From: Felis catus
Lineage: Eukaryota
Length of the DNA stretch: 64,000 nucleotides
Direction: 5' to 3'
Assembly (NCBI RefSeq): GCF_018350175.1
Contig: NC_058383.1
Span: 19,966,001 to 20,030,000 of the forward strand
Part shown: positions 48,569 through 61,200 of the stretch, piece after piece
Layout: the number at the start of each line of letters is the position of its first letter
Numbering within the stretch: the first letter of the stretch is position 1
Position numbers and translations under genes: made by a program
Notes under the pieces: generated by a model
What the model saw: the letters and a program-made list of their open reading frames with translations, nothing else
Database searches by the model: none
Told to the model about the DNA's origin: nothing

Positions 48569-48800
48569 TTTTTTTTATTAAAAAAAATTTTTTTTTTCAA
48601 TGTTTATTTATTTTTGGGACAGAGAGAGACAGAGCATGAACGGGGGAGGGGCAGAGAGAGAGGGAGACACAGAATCGGAAACAGGCTCCAGGCTCTGAGC
48701 CATCAGCCCAGAGCCCGACGCGGGGCTCGAACTCACGGACCGCGAGATCGTGACCTGGCTGAAGTCGGACGCTTAACCGACTGCGCCACCCAGGCGCCCC
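48569..48800 (-). mobile_element. Young SINEC_Fc
   Basis: TSD gagatttctcacattttt. Confidence 0.97.
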
Positions 48801-48830
48801 ATGAGATTTCTCACATTTTTAAAAATTCCA

Positions 48831-48935
48831 CTTCCGATTCTGTGTCTCCCTCTCTCTCTGCCCCTCCCCCGTTCATGCTCTGTCTCTCTCTGTCCCAAAA
48901 ATAAATAAAAAACGTTGAAAAAAAAAATTAAAAAA
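48831..48935 (+). mobile_element. 5'-truncated young SINEC_Fc
   Basis: TSD aaaaattcca. Confidence 0.93.
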
Positions 48936-48940
48936 AAAAT

Positions 48941-49294
48941 TCCAGTATAGTTAGTATACAATGTTATCTTAGTTTCAGGTGTACAATATAGTGACTCAAC
49001 ACTTCCATACATCACCCAAAGCTCATCAGGTGCCCTCCTTCACCCCCTTCATTTATTTCCACCATCTCCCCCACCAACCTGCCCTCTCATAACCACCAGT
49101 GTGTTCTCTATACTTAAGGTCTGTTTCCTGGTTCGTCTCTCTCCTTCTTTCCCCTTTGTTCATTAGTTTTGTTTCTTAAATTCCACATATGAGCGAAATC
49201 TTATGGTATTTGTCTTCCTCTGGTTATCTTATTTCACTTAGCATTATACTGTCTAGATGGGTCCATGTCATTGCAAATGGCGAGATCCCATTCT
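48941..49294 (-). mobile_element. Carnivore L1 3' end
   Basis: ccagtatagttagtatacaatgtt..agtttcaggtgtacaa..ttgcaaatggcgagat. Confidence 0.88.
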
Positions 49295-49779
49295 TGAGTT
49301 GATCAGTATTTAGCTAAGGACTCAACGGGGACCTTCTGCAGATCCCTGAAGAGTTCTCTCTCTGAATAACTTTTTCCTCCCTGGTATTTTGTCTTGTGAA
49401 CTCTAGCTATCTTGGCCTGTCTGGAACCTCAGACCTGTCTCCTTACCTCGGGTGGACCTCCCTCTGCCTGGGGTCACCCTCCTTGGGCTGGAAACTTTCT
49501 CTGGGTAGGAATCTGGGGCAGTACCAGAGCTCACCTCATTTTTCCCCCCCGTTTTCAGAATTCACTGACTGTCTTTGCCTAATACCCAATATCTTGAGAA
49601 CCGTTGTTTCATAGTTTTTTAAGTAACTCTTTCAGATGTTTCAGGTAAGAAGGTAAGTCTAGTTCCTGTAACTCCATCTTGGCCAGAAAAGGAAGTGCTT
49701 CTATTCAGTGTTGAACTGGAGGCGGGATGGGGTGTGATAAGACACACACAGACCCGCGTACATGCACGCAAAGAAATAA

Positions 49780-52290
49780 AAGCTGTAACAATGGTAAGGA
49801 AAGAAAAAAAGGCCTGTCAATATTCGCAGTTGAAATGGTTACGTGGAAACATTCTACAGAATATACAGTCATATTAATAACAAATTCAAGAGTTCATCAA
49901 GTTGCTGGATACAAGATCAATACACAGAAAAAAATCACTTGCTTTCTTAAACACCAGCCAGAAACAATTAAAAACAGCAATTTAAAGGATTCAATGTACC
50001 ATAACAACAAAACCTCTAAATTAATTAGAAATATACCTAGCAGAGGGTGTATATAAACTTCACGTACAGTGTCTTCCTGAAAAGCACATGAGAAGACCTA
50101 AAGAAACGGGGAAATCGTCGTGTGTTCACGGATCAGAAAAATCTCAGTTAAGATGTCCGTTCTGACCACGTTTAGCGTAAATTTATGTCATTGCTATGCA
50201 AATATTCAAATGCTTCATATTAATATTATTATTTTGGTGCAGTTCCACAGTAAGGTTTATAAAACCCATGTGGAAACATAAGGGCCAAGATTATCCAAGA
50301 AAATTTTGAGGAAGGAAAGAAGAACATCTCCTTCTTCGGCATCAAGATTTACCATAAAGTTGCTATATCAGTAAGGGTCCCGTCAAGAGGCAGATGCCAC
50401 ACCGGTTGCTTTAACAGAAAGAGTTTAATATAAAGAACTGTCAACTGGGTAGAAAATTGATTAGGTAAATAAAAAACACAAAGCTGTCAAGGAGGCAGCT
50501 GCAGGAGCTAACGACTAACGCAGGGACTAAGGGACAAAGGGAAGTGGATGGAATTATTGAAAAGTCGATGCTGCGGGGTGAACCCCGCATGACTGGCTCT
50601 GAGTTCTGAGGAGGGAGCACAGCTGGCTCGTGCTGGTGTCCCGGGGCCGAGGAAGTGAGGGTATGTGACGATCACAGGGACCACAAGCAGACAGGAGGAG
50701 CCAGCCTCTCGTTCCTCTCCCACCCCCTCGGTTTGAGAGCCCACTCTTGACAACGGCAAAGCAGAACGGGGGGGTCGCAGAGTTCCAGCCCCAGCATCAC
50801 AAAGCTGGGTGTGGGAGTTTGGAGCTGAGACCCAGTAACCTAATAACTGGGAAAGCCACACAGTGAAAGCCACAGCATAGGCGGTTCGGGCGTGGGAATG
50901 AACCCAGTGGTTGGGACAGTGTTACAAACCCATCTGGACGCCAGACCTTCCGCTAAGTACGGAGGTGGGTATATGACACGATAAATCAGTTAACCACTAG
51001 TACGTAAGTGATTTGCTATCCTATATGGAAACGGATTCAAACTAGATGCCTACCTTTATGGGAAAAAAATTCCGGATGTGTTCAAATTATATATGTGAAA
51101 AGCAGTAATGTAAATAAAACCTTTAGAACAAAGGCTGGGAGAATCTTCCTATGAGATTCAGTGGGAAAGATTTCTCAAATAGAACAGGAAAAACTTAAGC
51201 CACGAAGGAGAACATTGATAGACACTACCACGTTAAATTAAAGCTTCCGTATGACAAAATATGTATTAAACCTTGGGAACAGACAGTCTGAGGGAAGGTG
51301 CCTGCCAACCATGTAATTAGTAAGGGATTAGTACGTCGGATGTATTAAGAATCCTCAGAAATCATTAGGAAACAAAGGACCCAATAATGATAAAGTATGT
51401 GCAAAAGGAACTTGAAGGAAAAGAAAACCGGAAATGCAGCGGACTATAAAATATATTCTCGAAGTCACTGTTGGCTCTATTCAAAATGTAACCGTGAAAT
51501 ACCAGTGTGCACTTGTCAGACTGACAAAATCAATAAATTTGGTAACACAGGTGTTGGTAAGGATATGGAGTAGCGGAAGTTCGTGTTTATGGCGGGAACA
51601 TAAATTGGTAAAGCCCTTTGGACAGCAGTTTGGTATTACCCAATAAAGCTGGAGATACCCATGCTCATTACCTACCAGTTCCGTTTCTGGGTGTTTGTGC
51701 TGGAGAAACTCTCCTGTATGTGCCCAAGGAGAACCATACAAAGATGCTTATTATGGTAGTTTGTCATCGTAAGAATGTAAAAACAACCCGTATTCTCTCA
51801 GCTGGGGAATGGTAAATAAATTATAGTTTATTTGCAACAGGATATGATATTACAGTTTAAATGAATGAATCAGATCCATAGGTATCAATAGAGATAAATT
51901 AAGAAAACTAAGTTTGAGGATGGAACAAGTTTTAAAATGCAAAATTTAAAACACACAAACATTAATATATATATACACATATATATGCACACACAAACAC
52001 ACATGTATAATAAATACGGTTTATGCATATATATGAAAACGGAATGAATGTAAACATAGCTGTACTTTAATTCATACCAACCCAATGGTGAACCCGACCC
52101 CCTTCTGGAGAAGGATGGAAACACAGAAAAAAATACCGGCTATTGAGAACGTGTTTACCAGCGTCTCTAATATTTTGTTTCTTTAAAAAGAGTTTTAAAG
52201 CAAGATGGTGAAACGTTAACATCTGCTTGATCTTGGAAAAGATCACGTACGTGTCTGACACCTTCTTTTCTGCACATTTGCAATGGTACG
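49780..52290 (+). mobile_element. Old L1ME ORF2/3'UTR, interrupted by LTR
   Basis: ORF 49727-50056 contains VAGYKINTQK (L1 RT); later gtgttggtaaggatatggag..ggtaaataaattatag. Confidence 0.75.
50364..50852 (-). mobile_element. ERVL-class solo LTR (subfamily uncertain)
   Basis: tatcagtaagggtcc..ccacacc..tttaatataaagaac..ccagccccagcatcacaaagc..taataactgg. Confidence 0.6.
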
Positions 52291-52309
52291 TAACTAGACA
52301 AAGGAAAAA

Positions 52310-52525
52310 AAATTTTTTTTTTCAACGTTTATTTATTTTTGGGACAGAGAGAGACAGAGCGTGAACGGGCGAGGGGCAGAGAGAGAGGGAGACACAGAAT
52401 CAGAAACAGGCTCCAGGCTCTGAGCCATCAGTCCAGAGCCTGACGCGGGGCTCGAACTCACGGCCCGCGAGATCGTGACCTGGCTGAAGTCGGACGCTTA
52501 ACCGACTGCGCCACCCAGGCGCCCC
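52310..52525 (-). mobile_element. Young SINEC_Fc
   Basis: TSD gacaaaggaaaa. Confidence 0.96.
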
Positions 52526-52749
52526 GACAAAGGAAAAGATTAAAGGGGAGAATGTGCCCAAAGCACCGAGCCCACACTGGGTTATCAACATTTTGATGGT
52601 TAAACTGAGTGTCCAAGGTCATTTTTGGACAGTCATGGCCTTGGGATCCAGAGGAAGCTCCCTGTAGCTTCTGGGGTTGGTCATGTTGACTGAAAGAGAG
52701 GATATCCTGTAGGCTTTCTGAAAAGGGCATCACCCTTCGATCCCTCTGC

Positions 52750-52900
52750 TGCTTATTCACATCACGGATTTAGGACAGTGTGGTCATTTCGCAGCTGTGG
52801 AAACTGAAGCTCGGAGAGGAACAGTAATCTGTGCACAGGGACCCAACCAAATAGTGTTTCTTCTGGAGCTGGGACCCTTTCTAAATTCTATTCTCCATTA
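52750..52900 (-). mobile_element. MIR
   Basis: catttcgcagctgtggaaactgaagctcggagagg. Confidence 0.6.
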
Positions 52901-54099
52901 TCTTTCTGGCCCAGAACACACCAGGCAAGACGGAGCAGTGCCGTTGGAATCAGCCACACGAGCTCATGTCACGAAGGTCACACTATCCTCCCTCTTGGAG
53001 TCATGGTTTCCTCAAGAACAACAGGAATATTGGGAAGACGAAAGCTAGTTCATGGGGATACCGCAGAGCTTCGTGGCTTAGCATGTCACCCGGCTCCTGG
53101 CTTAGAGGGAAACTGAGTCACTCCTGGTTCTCTGATTTGCTTTCCTTGGTGGGGTGCCTACCCAGAGGGTGTCTCCTCCCCTTGCTTCACCAGAAGAATC
53201 CAGCTCTTCTCACTCACTCTCTGTCTTTTGTGGAGCAAACGGGCTCTAGAACTGAACCCGAGGCCCGGAGTTCCAAATTGCACCAGTGAGCCGGCCATGG
53301 CACTTTTGTAGGCGCTATCCGGAAAGAGAAACAGTCTTCCCATGAGGGTTGTGGAGCTCTTAGGATATGAACCTGGGTCTTTTGTCGACCGCCTTCCCAT
53401 CCTGAAAGTGGATTCTGCTGGAGAGTGAAGACAGCGCAACAGAAAGAGATACATGAGGCAGGAAGATAGGAGTTCTGAGACGTTGATAAAGCTCATTGGA
53501 TCCAGCCGCACCTGAAACTTGCGTGAAACTTTCAGTTCTACGGGCTACTAAGTCCCCCTTCTCCTGCCTTGCTTCCCCTCCCTCTAGTTTTGTTTCTTTG
53601 TTTCGGCCTCAACCGAAAGAGCTGAAATCCGTGACGTCTCAAGGTTTTAATCATCTCACCGACACCAAAACGGTGCCGAGGGCACCGAAAGTCCTACAAC
53701 CTGGTTCATTGTAGTGGAGGCTGACCTCCCCACCTGCCCGGCTGTTTGCCTATAGAACAGTCATCTAACATCTTCAAGTCCTAGCTCATGGAAATGCTGC
53801 CTGGATGCTAAGGGTCAGTGCCTCATTGTCTGGCTCTGACGTAAGTCTCTTTCATGGAAAGTATTTAGGAAGACGGAGCAAATTCTTCCCTGTGATTCTT
53901 TGAGCACGAGAATCAGCCATAGCAGATTACAGTCTCCAGACCAGCTTTATTCCACCCCGTCGCCCGGCCCCACCAGGAAAGAGACAGCTTCTCTATGGGT
54001 GGGATGCAGAATCGTGCTGCTTGTCACGGCCAGGTGACGGCGTCTCTGACATGATCCTGTATACCTGCCCTTCCAGCCTTCCTAGTGGGCAAGGCATGG

Positions 54100-54310
54100 G
54101 CATCGGAGTCAGAAAAAGCCTGGGTCCCACTAACGATCTTTTTATCCCATACGAGCCGCGGGATCCCGCCTCTCAGAGCCCCTGCCTCTCCATCTATTAC
54201 ATGTGGCCGATGAGACCGTCTACCTCCGAGGGCTGCAGCGAGGGTCAAAGAAAATCACGTGGTAAAGCACTTAGCATGTGGCCTGGCATGCCTCAAGCCC
54301 CAAAAATGTT
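54100..54310 (+). mobile_element. MIR
   Basis: ggagtcaga..cctgggt..ctctcagagcc..gtaaagcacttagca..gcctggca. Confidence 0.65.
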
Positions 54311-55959
54311 CATCATCATTATAATAATGATTATGACTCTTACTTTCTTCCACTGTGACTGCAGTGATGCCTGTCTGTCCATCCCGAAGCATCACTAGTA
54401 GGACCTAAAATTAGGGAAGGGGCTGCTGGGCTTGTCCTGGGAAGTAGCAGGAGGGGAGGAGTGAGGGGGACCCTTGGAGGTACGGGAAGTTTTCCCGGGT
54501 CAAGGCTAGGGCTTGCGGACTGTGAGAGAGACGGGATCCCAGGGACCCAGCCAGGGACAGCAGTGACCCCTCAGGACTGACATGCACTGTCTCCATCTCT
54601 GACGCAGCAGGCCCAGGGGGGCCAGGGGCACCTCTTTCCCAGGAGCCCCTCTGCCAGGCCCCTCCAGGGCCCCATCCCTCCACTGCCAGCTCATCTGTTA
54701 TTGTCACCAGCGGACAAATGGCCCGGCAGCCCGAGGCACGAGAGGGCGGCTGCCCTGTCAATTTCCCCGGAAACCCTGTCTCTGCTCAGCCCAGGCTGGC
54801 TCGGCTGCGGGACGTGGGAGCCGGGCCCTGGGGGTTCAGGGAGCCAAAAGGGAGGTCCCGGTTATGCAGTGGGGTACAAATCTCCTCTCACAATTCCGGC
54901 AACGTCAGAAATAGACTTCGAGCAATGACGTTACCGAGCTTGACTCAGCGGGTAGAAGCGGAGCATCCTCAGGGGGATGTTCTCTCAGCCCCCAGGGGCT
55001 CATCTGAGTTTGGAGGTGCCCCCAGGACCTCGGGGGGGGGGTGGTCAGTGGGAGGCGGGTGCGGGGGAGGGAGCTTCGTCCCCGGCATTGCCCCTTCTCC
55101 GTTCGCAGCCTCCGTGCGGCGCATGGTCCCATCCCGTCTTGTTCCGTCCTTACAGGTCCCCACTGTGTCCTCCTCTGTGCCCGGCTCCGAGACTCCGAGG
55201 CTCTGGTTCTTCTAACACCCCTCCGCGTGGGGACATTCTGTGGCTCTCACCCCGTGCAGGGTCTCAGGCCTTCCGTCACAGACTGCACACAGATCGGTTT
55301 TCTGCTCTCCCTCCGGCTTGGTGCAGGGAGCTCCGGGGTCCTGCCTTATCCTGGGACTTTCACCCTGGGGGGGGGGAGAGCAACAGGTCCTCTCTTCTTT
55401 AGGGTCCCCACAGGTATCTTGGGGTTCTGTACTTCTCTGCGCCATCACTCTGAACTTGGCCTTGGGAAGAGAACACATGGTTCCTTCTCATTCACTCCCC
55501 AGAGTCAAAGTCTCTTACCCTGGCATTCTCCTCCTTCCCCCAGGCCTAGCAAGTGTTTATTTAGTCTGGGAGTCTGTCTTTGTATGTTTCTGAGCTGCTT
55601 CCCTTACTGTACATTCACCTAGGGTCTTTCGACTCTTCTGCTCTTTGTGTTCCGAGTTGTCAGAGCCGCGACATCCGTCCTCCGAAGCCGGGTATTGGCC
55701 ACCTTAGACGGTCTGTGAATGGAGGAAACGTCACAGGGCAACAGGCATTTCTAGGAATGGAAAGAAAAAGGTACACGTTGATTAACATATCAAAGTCGTT
55801 ATTCCCCCAGAGCCTGAAAAAGGCTTTGGCAACAGCACGTAAGAAACTTCTTATTTAGCTCCAGGCAGATGGTTTTCTTTGGAGATCAGTTCCTGGACCA
55901 TAGCTTGGATTTCTGGGGAAGAAGGATGGGAACTTTTATCTTAAAATGATGTGATTACA

Positions 55960-56187
55960 GGGCGCCTGGGGGACTCCGTCGGTTGAGCGTCGAATCCGGC
56001 TCAGGTCATGATCTCGCGGTTTGTGAGTTCGAGCCCCGCATCAGGCTTTGTGCTGACAGCTCAGAGCCTGGAGCCTGCTTCGGATTCTGTGTCTCCCTCT
56101 CTCTCTGACCCTGCCCCGCTCGCACGCTCTCTCTCTCTCTCTCAAAAGTAAATAAACATTAAAAAAAATAATAATAAAATAAATTTA
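55960..56187 (+). mobile_element. SINEC_Fc
   Basis: TSD aaaatgatgtgattaca/aaaatgacgtgattaca. Confidence 0.95.
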
Positions 56188-56319
56188 AAAATGACGTGAT
56201 TACAGTGTTCCATCCCTATTCCCCCCTCAGTGAGCTCAGGCCCCACCAGTGGCGTGGGTAGCACAGTATTTGACCCACAGTTGTGGCCAAAAGTCTGCCG
56301 TCGTAGGAAGCAAGGGACC

Positions 56320-56825
56320 CGCGTTCAAACTGTGTCACCAGTTCGCTGGGTAACTTGGGTGCATCATCACTGTCTCTGGGCTTTATTTTCATCGTGGCCA
56401 AAAGAAGGAGCGTTGTCACAGTCACCCCCTTGGGATTGTCGTGTGGATGGGTGAGGTGAGCTATTAGCAGGTCATTAGCATGTGCGACCCCGACGAAACA
56501 GTAACAGAATCCGAGAGGGTGAACGCCACAGTCAACACGCAGCTGTTCTGACAAGAAAGAGAAGCATGCGTGGCTCCCAGTGACTTCCTTGGATAAGGCG
56601 AGGGTGCCTGTTGTTACGAAGTCAGACTCCAGGTTTGACGGCCAAATACCAGATCTGTGACTTTGGGCGGGTGACCTGGCCACTTTTAATAGCTCGTTTC
56701 TCCCACTTGTAAAATGGCATTTGTCATAGGGTCTGGTTTCTGGAGATAGGAAGATTAAATGAGATAATGCATGTAAGGGCCTAGATCCATATCTGGAATG
56801 CGTAGTAAGTGCTCAATTAAATGCA
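56320..56825 (+). mobile_element. Two MIR fragments
   Basis: gttcaaactg..gggattgtcgtgtggat; tgtgactttgggc..gattaaatgagataatgcatgtaa..tagtaagtgctcaat. Confidence 0.7.
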
Positions 56826-56989
56826 AATTCTTACTGACAGGCAGGCAATGCCTCCTGGGCATCAAGGGTTCAGCCCCTGTGAGTGCAGTTTTCTGTATGA
56901 AAACATTTACCCTGTGGATAAAGTACTACGTACTTTCTGTCCTTAGATCACCTGTTTTTGCTTCGAAGCAAAAGGGTCTGTTTTTCCAA

Positions 56990-57192
56990 AGCCGCCTGGG
57001 TGGCCCGGTCGGTTAAGCGTCCCGCTCTCGATTTCAGCTAAGATCACCCTCTCATATTTCGTGAGATCGAGCCCCACATAGGGCTCCGCGCTGACAGCAC
57101 AGAGCGTGCTTGGGATCCTCTCTCCCTCTCTCCGCCCTTCCTTGGCTGTCTCTTTCTCTCTCTCAAAATAAATAAATAAACATTAAAAAAAA
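56990..57192 (+). mobile_element. Can-SINE (older)
   Basis: TSD tctgtttttcca. Confidence 0.9.
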
Positions 57193-58029
57193 TCATCTGT
57201 TTTTCCAGCTCCCTGAATATTAGCCTGTTTGACCATGGCTGTTCTTGGAGCTGGCACGTGTGGGCTCTCTTCTTCAAATATCAGCCCCCTGGTTGAGCCT
57301 CCGTGCCCCACTATGGACCCCGGCCTGCCCTCCCCACTTCTCTGGGGCTCTGTTACTTTCCTCGGGTGAGATTGTCGCGGGGCAGGGGCTGCATCTCCGA
57401 TTTCCGGTGCGCCTGCCTCTGAACGTTCCTCCCTGAAAAGGCCCAATTTACCTGCTGGGAATCCCCAGCCGAGTGCGGACGACTCTATCCAGGGTGCTTG
57501 TGGCTGCCCTCAGTGGGCTTTAAAAACACCTGCCTGTCTGGCCCTTTCTATCCAGTACCTGTGGCAGAGACTGGAAAAAGATTTCCCGAACCCATTTCCT
57601 CCTCTTCCTGGGAGTACTACTGGATTACATCTTCTCCCTTCCCAGGCATGTGGCCAACTGACTGAGCCTGTGCCCTTCCAGACCTGGCCCCTTGGGGGCT
57701 CCTCTTCGCAGCCGAGCTTCTCCAGCCTTTCAGCCCGTTTGCTCTAAGGTAGGGTAGTCGTTCACTCCTCCAATTGCGAGCTCTTTGTGCAAGCTGTGCA
57801 GTTAGCACATCACACCGCGGTTACCTGGTTGTGTGTCTGTTTCTCTCACTAGACAGTGAGCTCAGAGGGGAAGAGTGTTAGTATTCATTTGGCCCGCACT
57901 CTGCAGGGACGGATTGACTCTGTCAGTCAGGCGGAGGCGGGAGTCTGCATTCCAGATGCAGTTCAGCCAAAGTATTGGCCATAAGGCTGGCGATGATGTC
58001 ACCTGGCCTATCTAGGAAGACAATGGATA

Positions 58030-58155
58030 TTGTGTGGAAGAGGAAGAACATTTATTCCGGGTGGCCCTGGGGGTCGGAACCAGGACCAGCGGCTGGATGT
58101 GGGGTCTAATGTTATTTTGGTCAAAAATGAACCTTCCCCCGTTCACTGAAATATT
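58030..58155 (+). mobile_element. L3/CR1 3' fragment
   Basis: ggtggccctgggggtcggaaccaggacca..ttccccc..cactgaaatatt. Confidence 0.45.
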
Positions 58156-58175
58156 AAAAAAAAAATTAAGGGGCC

Positions 58176-58398
58176 GGGGCGCCTGGGCGGCTCAGTTGGT
58201 TAAATGTGCGAGTTCAGCTAAGGTCATGATCTCACGGTTCATGCGTCTGAGCCCCCCGTTGGGCTCTGTGCTGACAGCTCAGAGCCTGGAGCCTGCTTCC
58301 GATTGTATGTTTCCCTCTCTCGCTCTCTCTGCCCCTTCCCTGCTTGAGCCCTGTCTCGTCTCTCTCTCTCAAAAATAAATAAACATTAAAAAAAAAAA
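58176..58398 (+). mobile_element. SINEC_Fc
   Basis: SINE consensus. Confidence 0.93.
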
Positions 58399-58399
58399 A

Positions 58400-58930
58400 G
58401 ACACGTTTCAAACATCAGAAAAGCTCAGAAAAAAAATCATACGATGCACCTACCATCCAGGTGCGAAGACGTGGGCATCTTGCCACATTCGCTTCAGGCT
58501 TGTCTGTTAAAGAAGTAAATGTTGCAGAGTGAAAGATGCTCCCCCTTCACCCCTCCTTCCAGCCCTTCTCAGAGGCCACCGCCGCTCTGAGGTTACTGTG
58601 TATCTGTCCCATACAAGCTTTTGCATCTTTTCTAAACACAATATACATTATTGTAAAGTGAATTTTTACGGTATATTAAATACATATAAATTAATGTATG
58701 TGTGTATACAGTATCATAGTGTATATATCGATACTGTGTTCTTAAGGCTTCCATTTGGTTGCATGTAGGTCCAATGAATTTATTTGAATTACTGGAAACT
58801 CCCACTACTGTGTGGATAAACCAATTTGCCATCTGTTGGCCTACTTAGAGATGTTTGTTTTCATTCTTAACTATCATAACCAGTTCTAAAAAAGAACATC
58901 CTTGTTTATGCTTCGTTGTATGCTCCGTAT
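58400..58930 (-). mobile_element. Old L1ME 3' end
   Basis: tttcaaacat..ttgccacatt..aagaacatccttgt. Confidence 0.55.
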
Positions 58931-59050
58931 AACACGTTCTCATCACAGAACTGACTTCGCCAGAGGTAAAGGGCTTCCGGTCGCTGGAACTGGTCATGGA
59001 AAAGATTATCAAGGAATGCTATAAAGGGGTTTCCCTCACTGGTTTTTAAA

Positions 59051-59250
59051 ATGTTTTTATTTATTTTTGAGAGAGTGACAGAGTGTGAGCAGGGGAGGGA
59101 CAGCGAGGGAGGGAGACACAGAATTCGAAGCGGGCTCCAGGCTCTGAGCTGTCAGCACAGAGCCCAACGCGGGGCTCGAACTCACGAACCGCGAGATCAT
59201 GACCAGAGCTGAAGTCGGATGCTTAACCGACTGAGCCACCCAGGTGCCCC
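59051..59250 (-). mobile_element. SINEC_Fc
   Basis: TSD ccctcactggtttttaaa. Confidence 0.96.
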
Positions 59251-59534
59251 TCCCTCACTGGTTTTTAAATTGCATCTGTTAATATGTAAATTGCCTTCCT
59301 ACCCCAAAGCTCAAGGTTTTCATGAGTTTGGGAATAAAATATTAAATATGGATGTCATAGGGTTTTCTCTGAGTTCCGGGGTCACAAGGCAAGTGCAACA
59401 GAAGCTAATCAGGAGGAGGGTGGTGGCAGTGATCAAAAACGTCTTCAGAGATGATTTATTGCAGCCCCCATTATTGGTGGGTGTCCTCATGCTGGTACTA
59501 GAATGTGCTGGAACTGCCTTTATGCTAAGCACTG

Positions 59535-59676
59535 TTCATTAAGTCATTCAACAAACGTTTATTGAGCACCTATTATGGGCCAGGCACTGTTTTAAGCGTT
59601 AGGCCTGTGTGGTGGAGACAAAGTCTCTCATGGAGTTTATGATTGCAGATAAGATGTGTAACACAATGTCAGGTGC
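59535..59676 (-). mobile_element. L2 3' end
   Basis: cattcaacaaacgtttattgagcacctattatgggccaggcactgtt. Confidence 0.85.
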
Positions 59677-60071
59677 TGTTAAGGGCTGAACTGGGTCCCC
59701 ACAGAATTCATACGTTGGAGCTTTAACCCCGAGGACCTCAGAACGTGACCATCTTTGGCGAGAAGATCTTTCAAGGAGTGAATTAAGTGAAATCGGAGCC
59801 ATGAGGGTGGGCCCTGATCCAATCTGACCACTATCCTCACGAGAAGGGGACACTTGGGTTCTCAGAGAGAAACCAGAGAGCACATGTGCCCAGAGGACCA
59901 CGTGAGGACACAGCCAGAACCTAGAAGAGAAGCCCCAGGAGAAACCAAAGCAAACCTGCCCACGCCTTGACCTCGGACTTCTGGCCTCCAGGATTGTGAG
60001 AAAACAGATTGCTAGTATTTAAAGCGCCCAGTCTGCCGCCTTGTGTTCTGGTGCCTGAACAATCGAATACG
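59677..60071 (+). mobile_element. MaLR solo LTR (MLT1A/B-like) inserted in L2
   Basis: tgttaagggctgaa..gagggtgggccctgatccaat..cttgacctcggacttctggcctccag..aatac; 5-bp TSD ggtgc/ggagc. Confidence 0.88.
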
Positions 60072-60179
60072 GGAGCTGTGGAGAAAGATAAAACGAGGCA
60101 ACGGATGGAAAATAAAGGTCCCGTGATTTTATTATGGCCGGGAAAACGCCACTGTCTGAAATATCCACTCAATCTGTGA

Positions 60180-60295
60180 TAACTACCTCTGCTTTACAAA
60201 GGAGAACCATTTCAGCTCAGAGAGGTTAAGTGACTTCCACGAAGCCACACAGCGGGGAAGCAGCAGAGATTCAAACTTCCGGCTTTTGATTCCAA
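60180..60295 (-). mobile_element. MIR
   Basis: gctcagagaggttaagtgactt..cacacagc..gattcaaac. Confidence 0.75.
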
Positions 60296-60829
60296 ATTAC
60301 TCTCGTGTCTCACAGTGCTGCTCCGCTCTTATTTTTTCATTGGACGGACAATTTGCATAAAGATGATGCTTTACGGTCAGTTTGTAAATTGTTTCCGTAT
60401 GTGCTCTCATGTTTGGTCCTCGAGCAAATTATGTGGGGGAGATGGGCTCCCTCCTCCTCCTCTTTCTTACCGTCTGTTCACTGTGGCCGAAAGAAGGTGA
60501 AAGACTAGAACCCAGTTGTACTCCACTGATCTTTTCACTCTGTTGGAGAAAATGTTTCCCCTTCAGACAAAGCCTTAATCGGTTCTTGAAATCTACACGG
60601 AGCTACAGCCCGGTATTTAGTCTCCCGAGAGAAGTTCCACCCAGACTCCACGGCGATCGGCTGGACCATCAGAGTCGGAACATTAAGCTCGTTTCTAAGA
60701 GGTACCAGCACCCCCTCAACCCCCCCATCTACCACCCCACCCTCTCCCCGGTTGGGGACAAGACCCTGCATGGCCCATCAAGCCTCCTGCCACTGGATAA
60801 ATCAACCTAACTGTGGAGAGTTAATTTGT

Positions 60830-61200
60830 CTGACTATAAAGTGCATTCAATAAGTGTAAGACAAAACTAATTGGTTCTCTTCCATACAAATTTAATCATA
60901 CCATAAAATGTGATCAATGCAAATAAAAACCATTGAATAGGTTAAGTGTCGAGGATCCATAGAGGGGAAAAAAATGGTCCATGTGCATAATCGTAGGAAT
61001 CGAAAACTGGACGCGTGGTCACCCGCGCATTAATCACCTCGCGTGCCAGAGCTGACAATAGCTGGGATGTGCCGGAGGGACTCGGAAAATGGCCTTCTTT
61101 TGTGCCAGTTGTGTGGAGGAGATAATTTCCTCATTGATTTTGGGGTGCTTGTGTTATCAGCTAATACATTCTGGATAATATTCATCAGATGCTTCTCTTG
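60830..61200. promoter_or_regulatory. Candidate conserved non-coding enhancer
   Basis: Repeat-free AT-rich island: CTAATTGG, CCATAAAA, ATCAAT, ATGCAAAT 60917-60924, GATA sites; motif inference only. Confidence 0.4.

Larger units (their letters stand above)
47230..49690 (-). mobile_element. Old L1M 5' region, interrupted
   Basis: ttcatctcagacatt..ggtaatttttgattgaatgcca..gaattatgaggttttccactg. Confidence 0.6.

Noticed and set aside
5455..59239. Recurrent ~60-aa ORFs (MAQSV..SSPASGS..LSLSQK; RETEHERGRGRERG) resembling a peptide family or array
   Set aside because: They are translations of Can-SINE copies, not genes; the repeats are dispersed with TSDs and are not a CRISPR-like array
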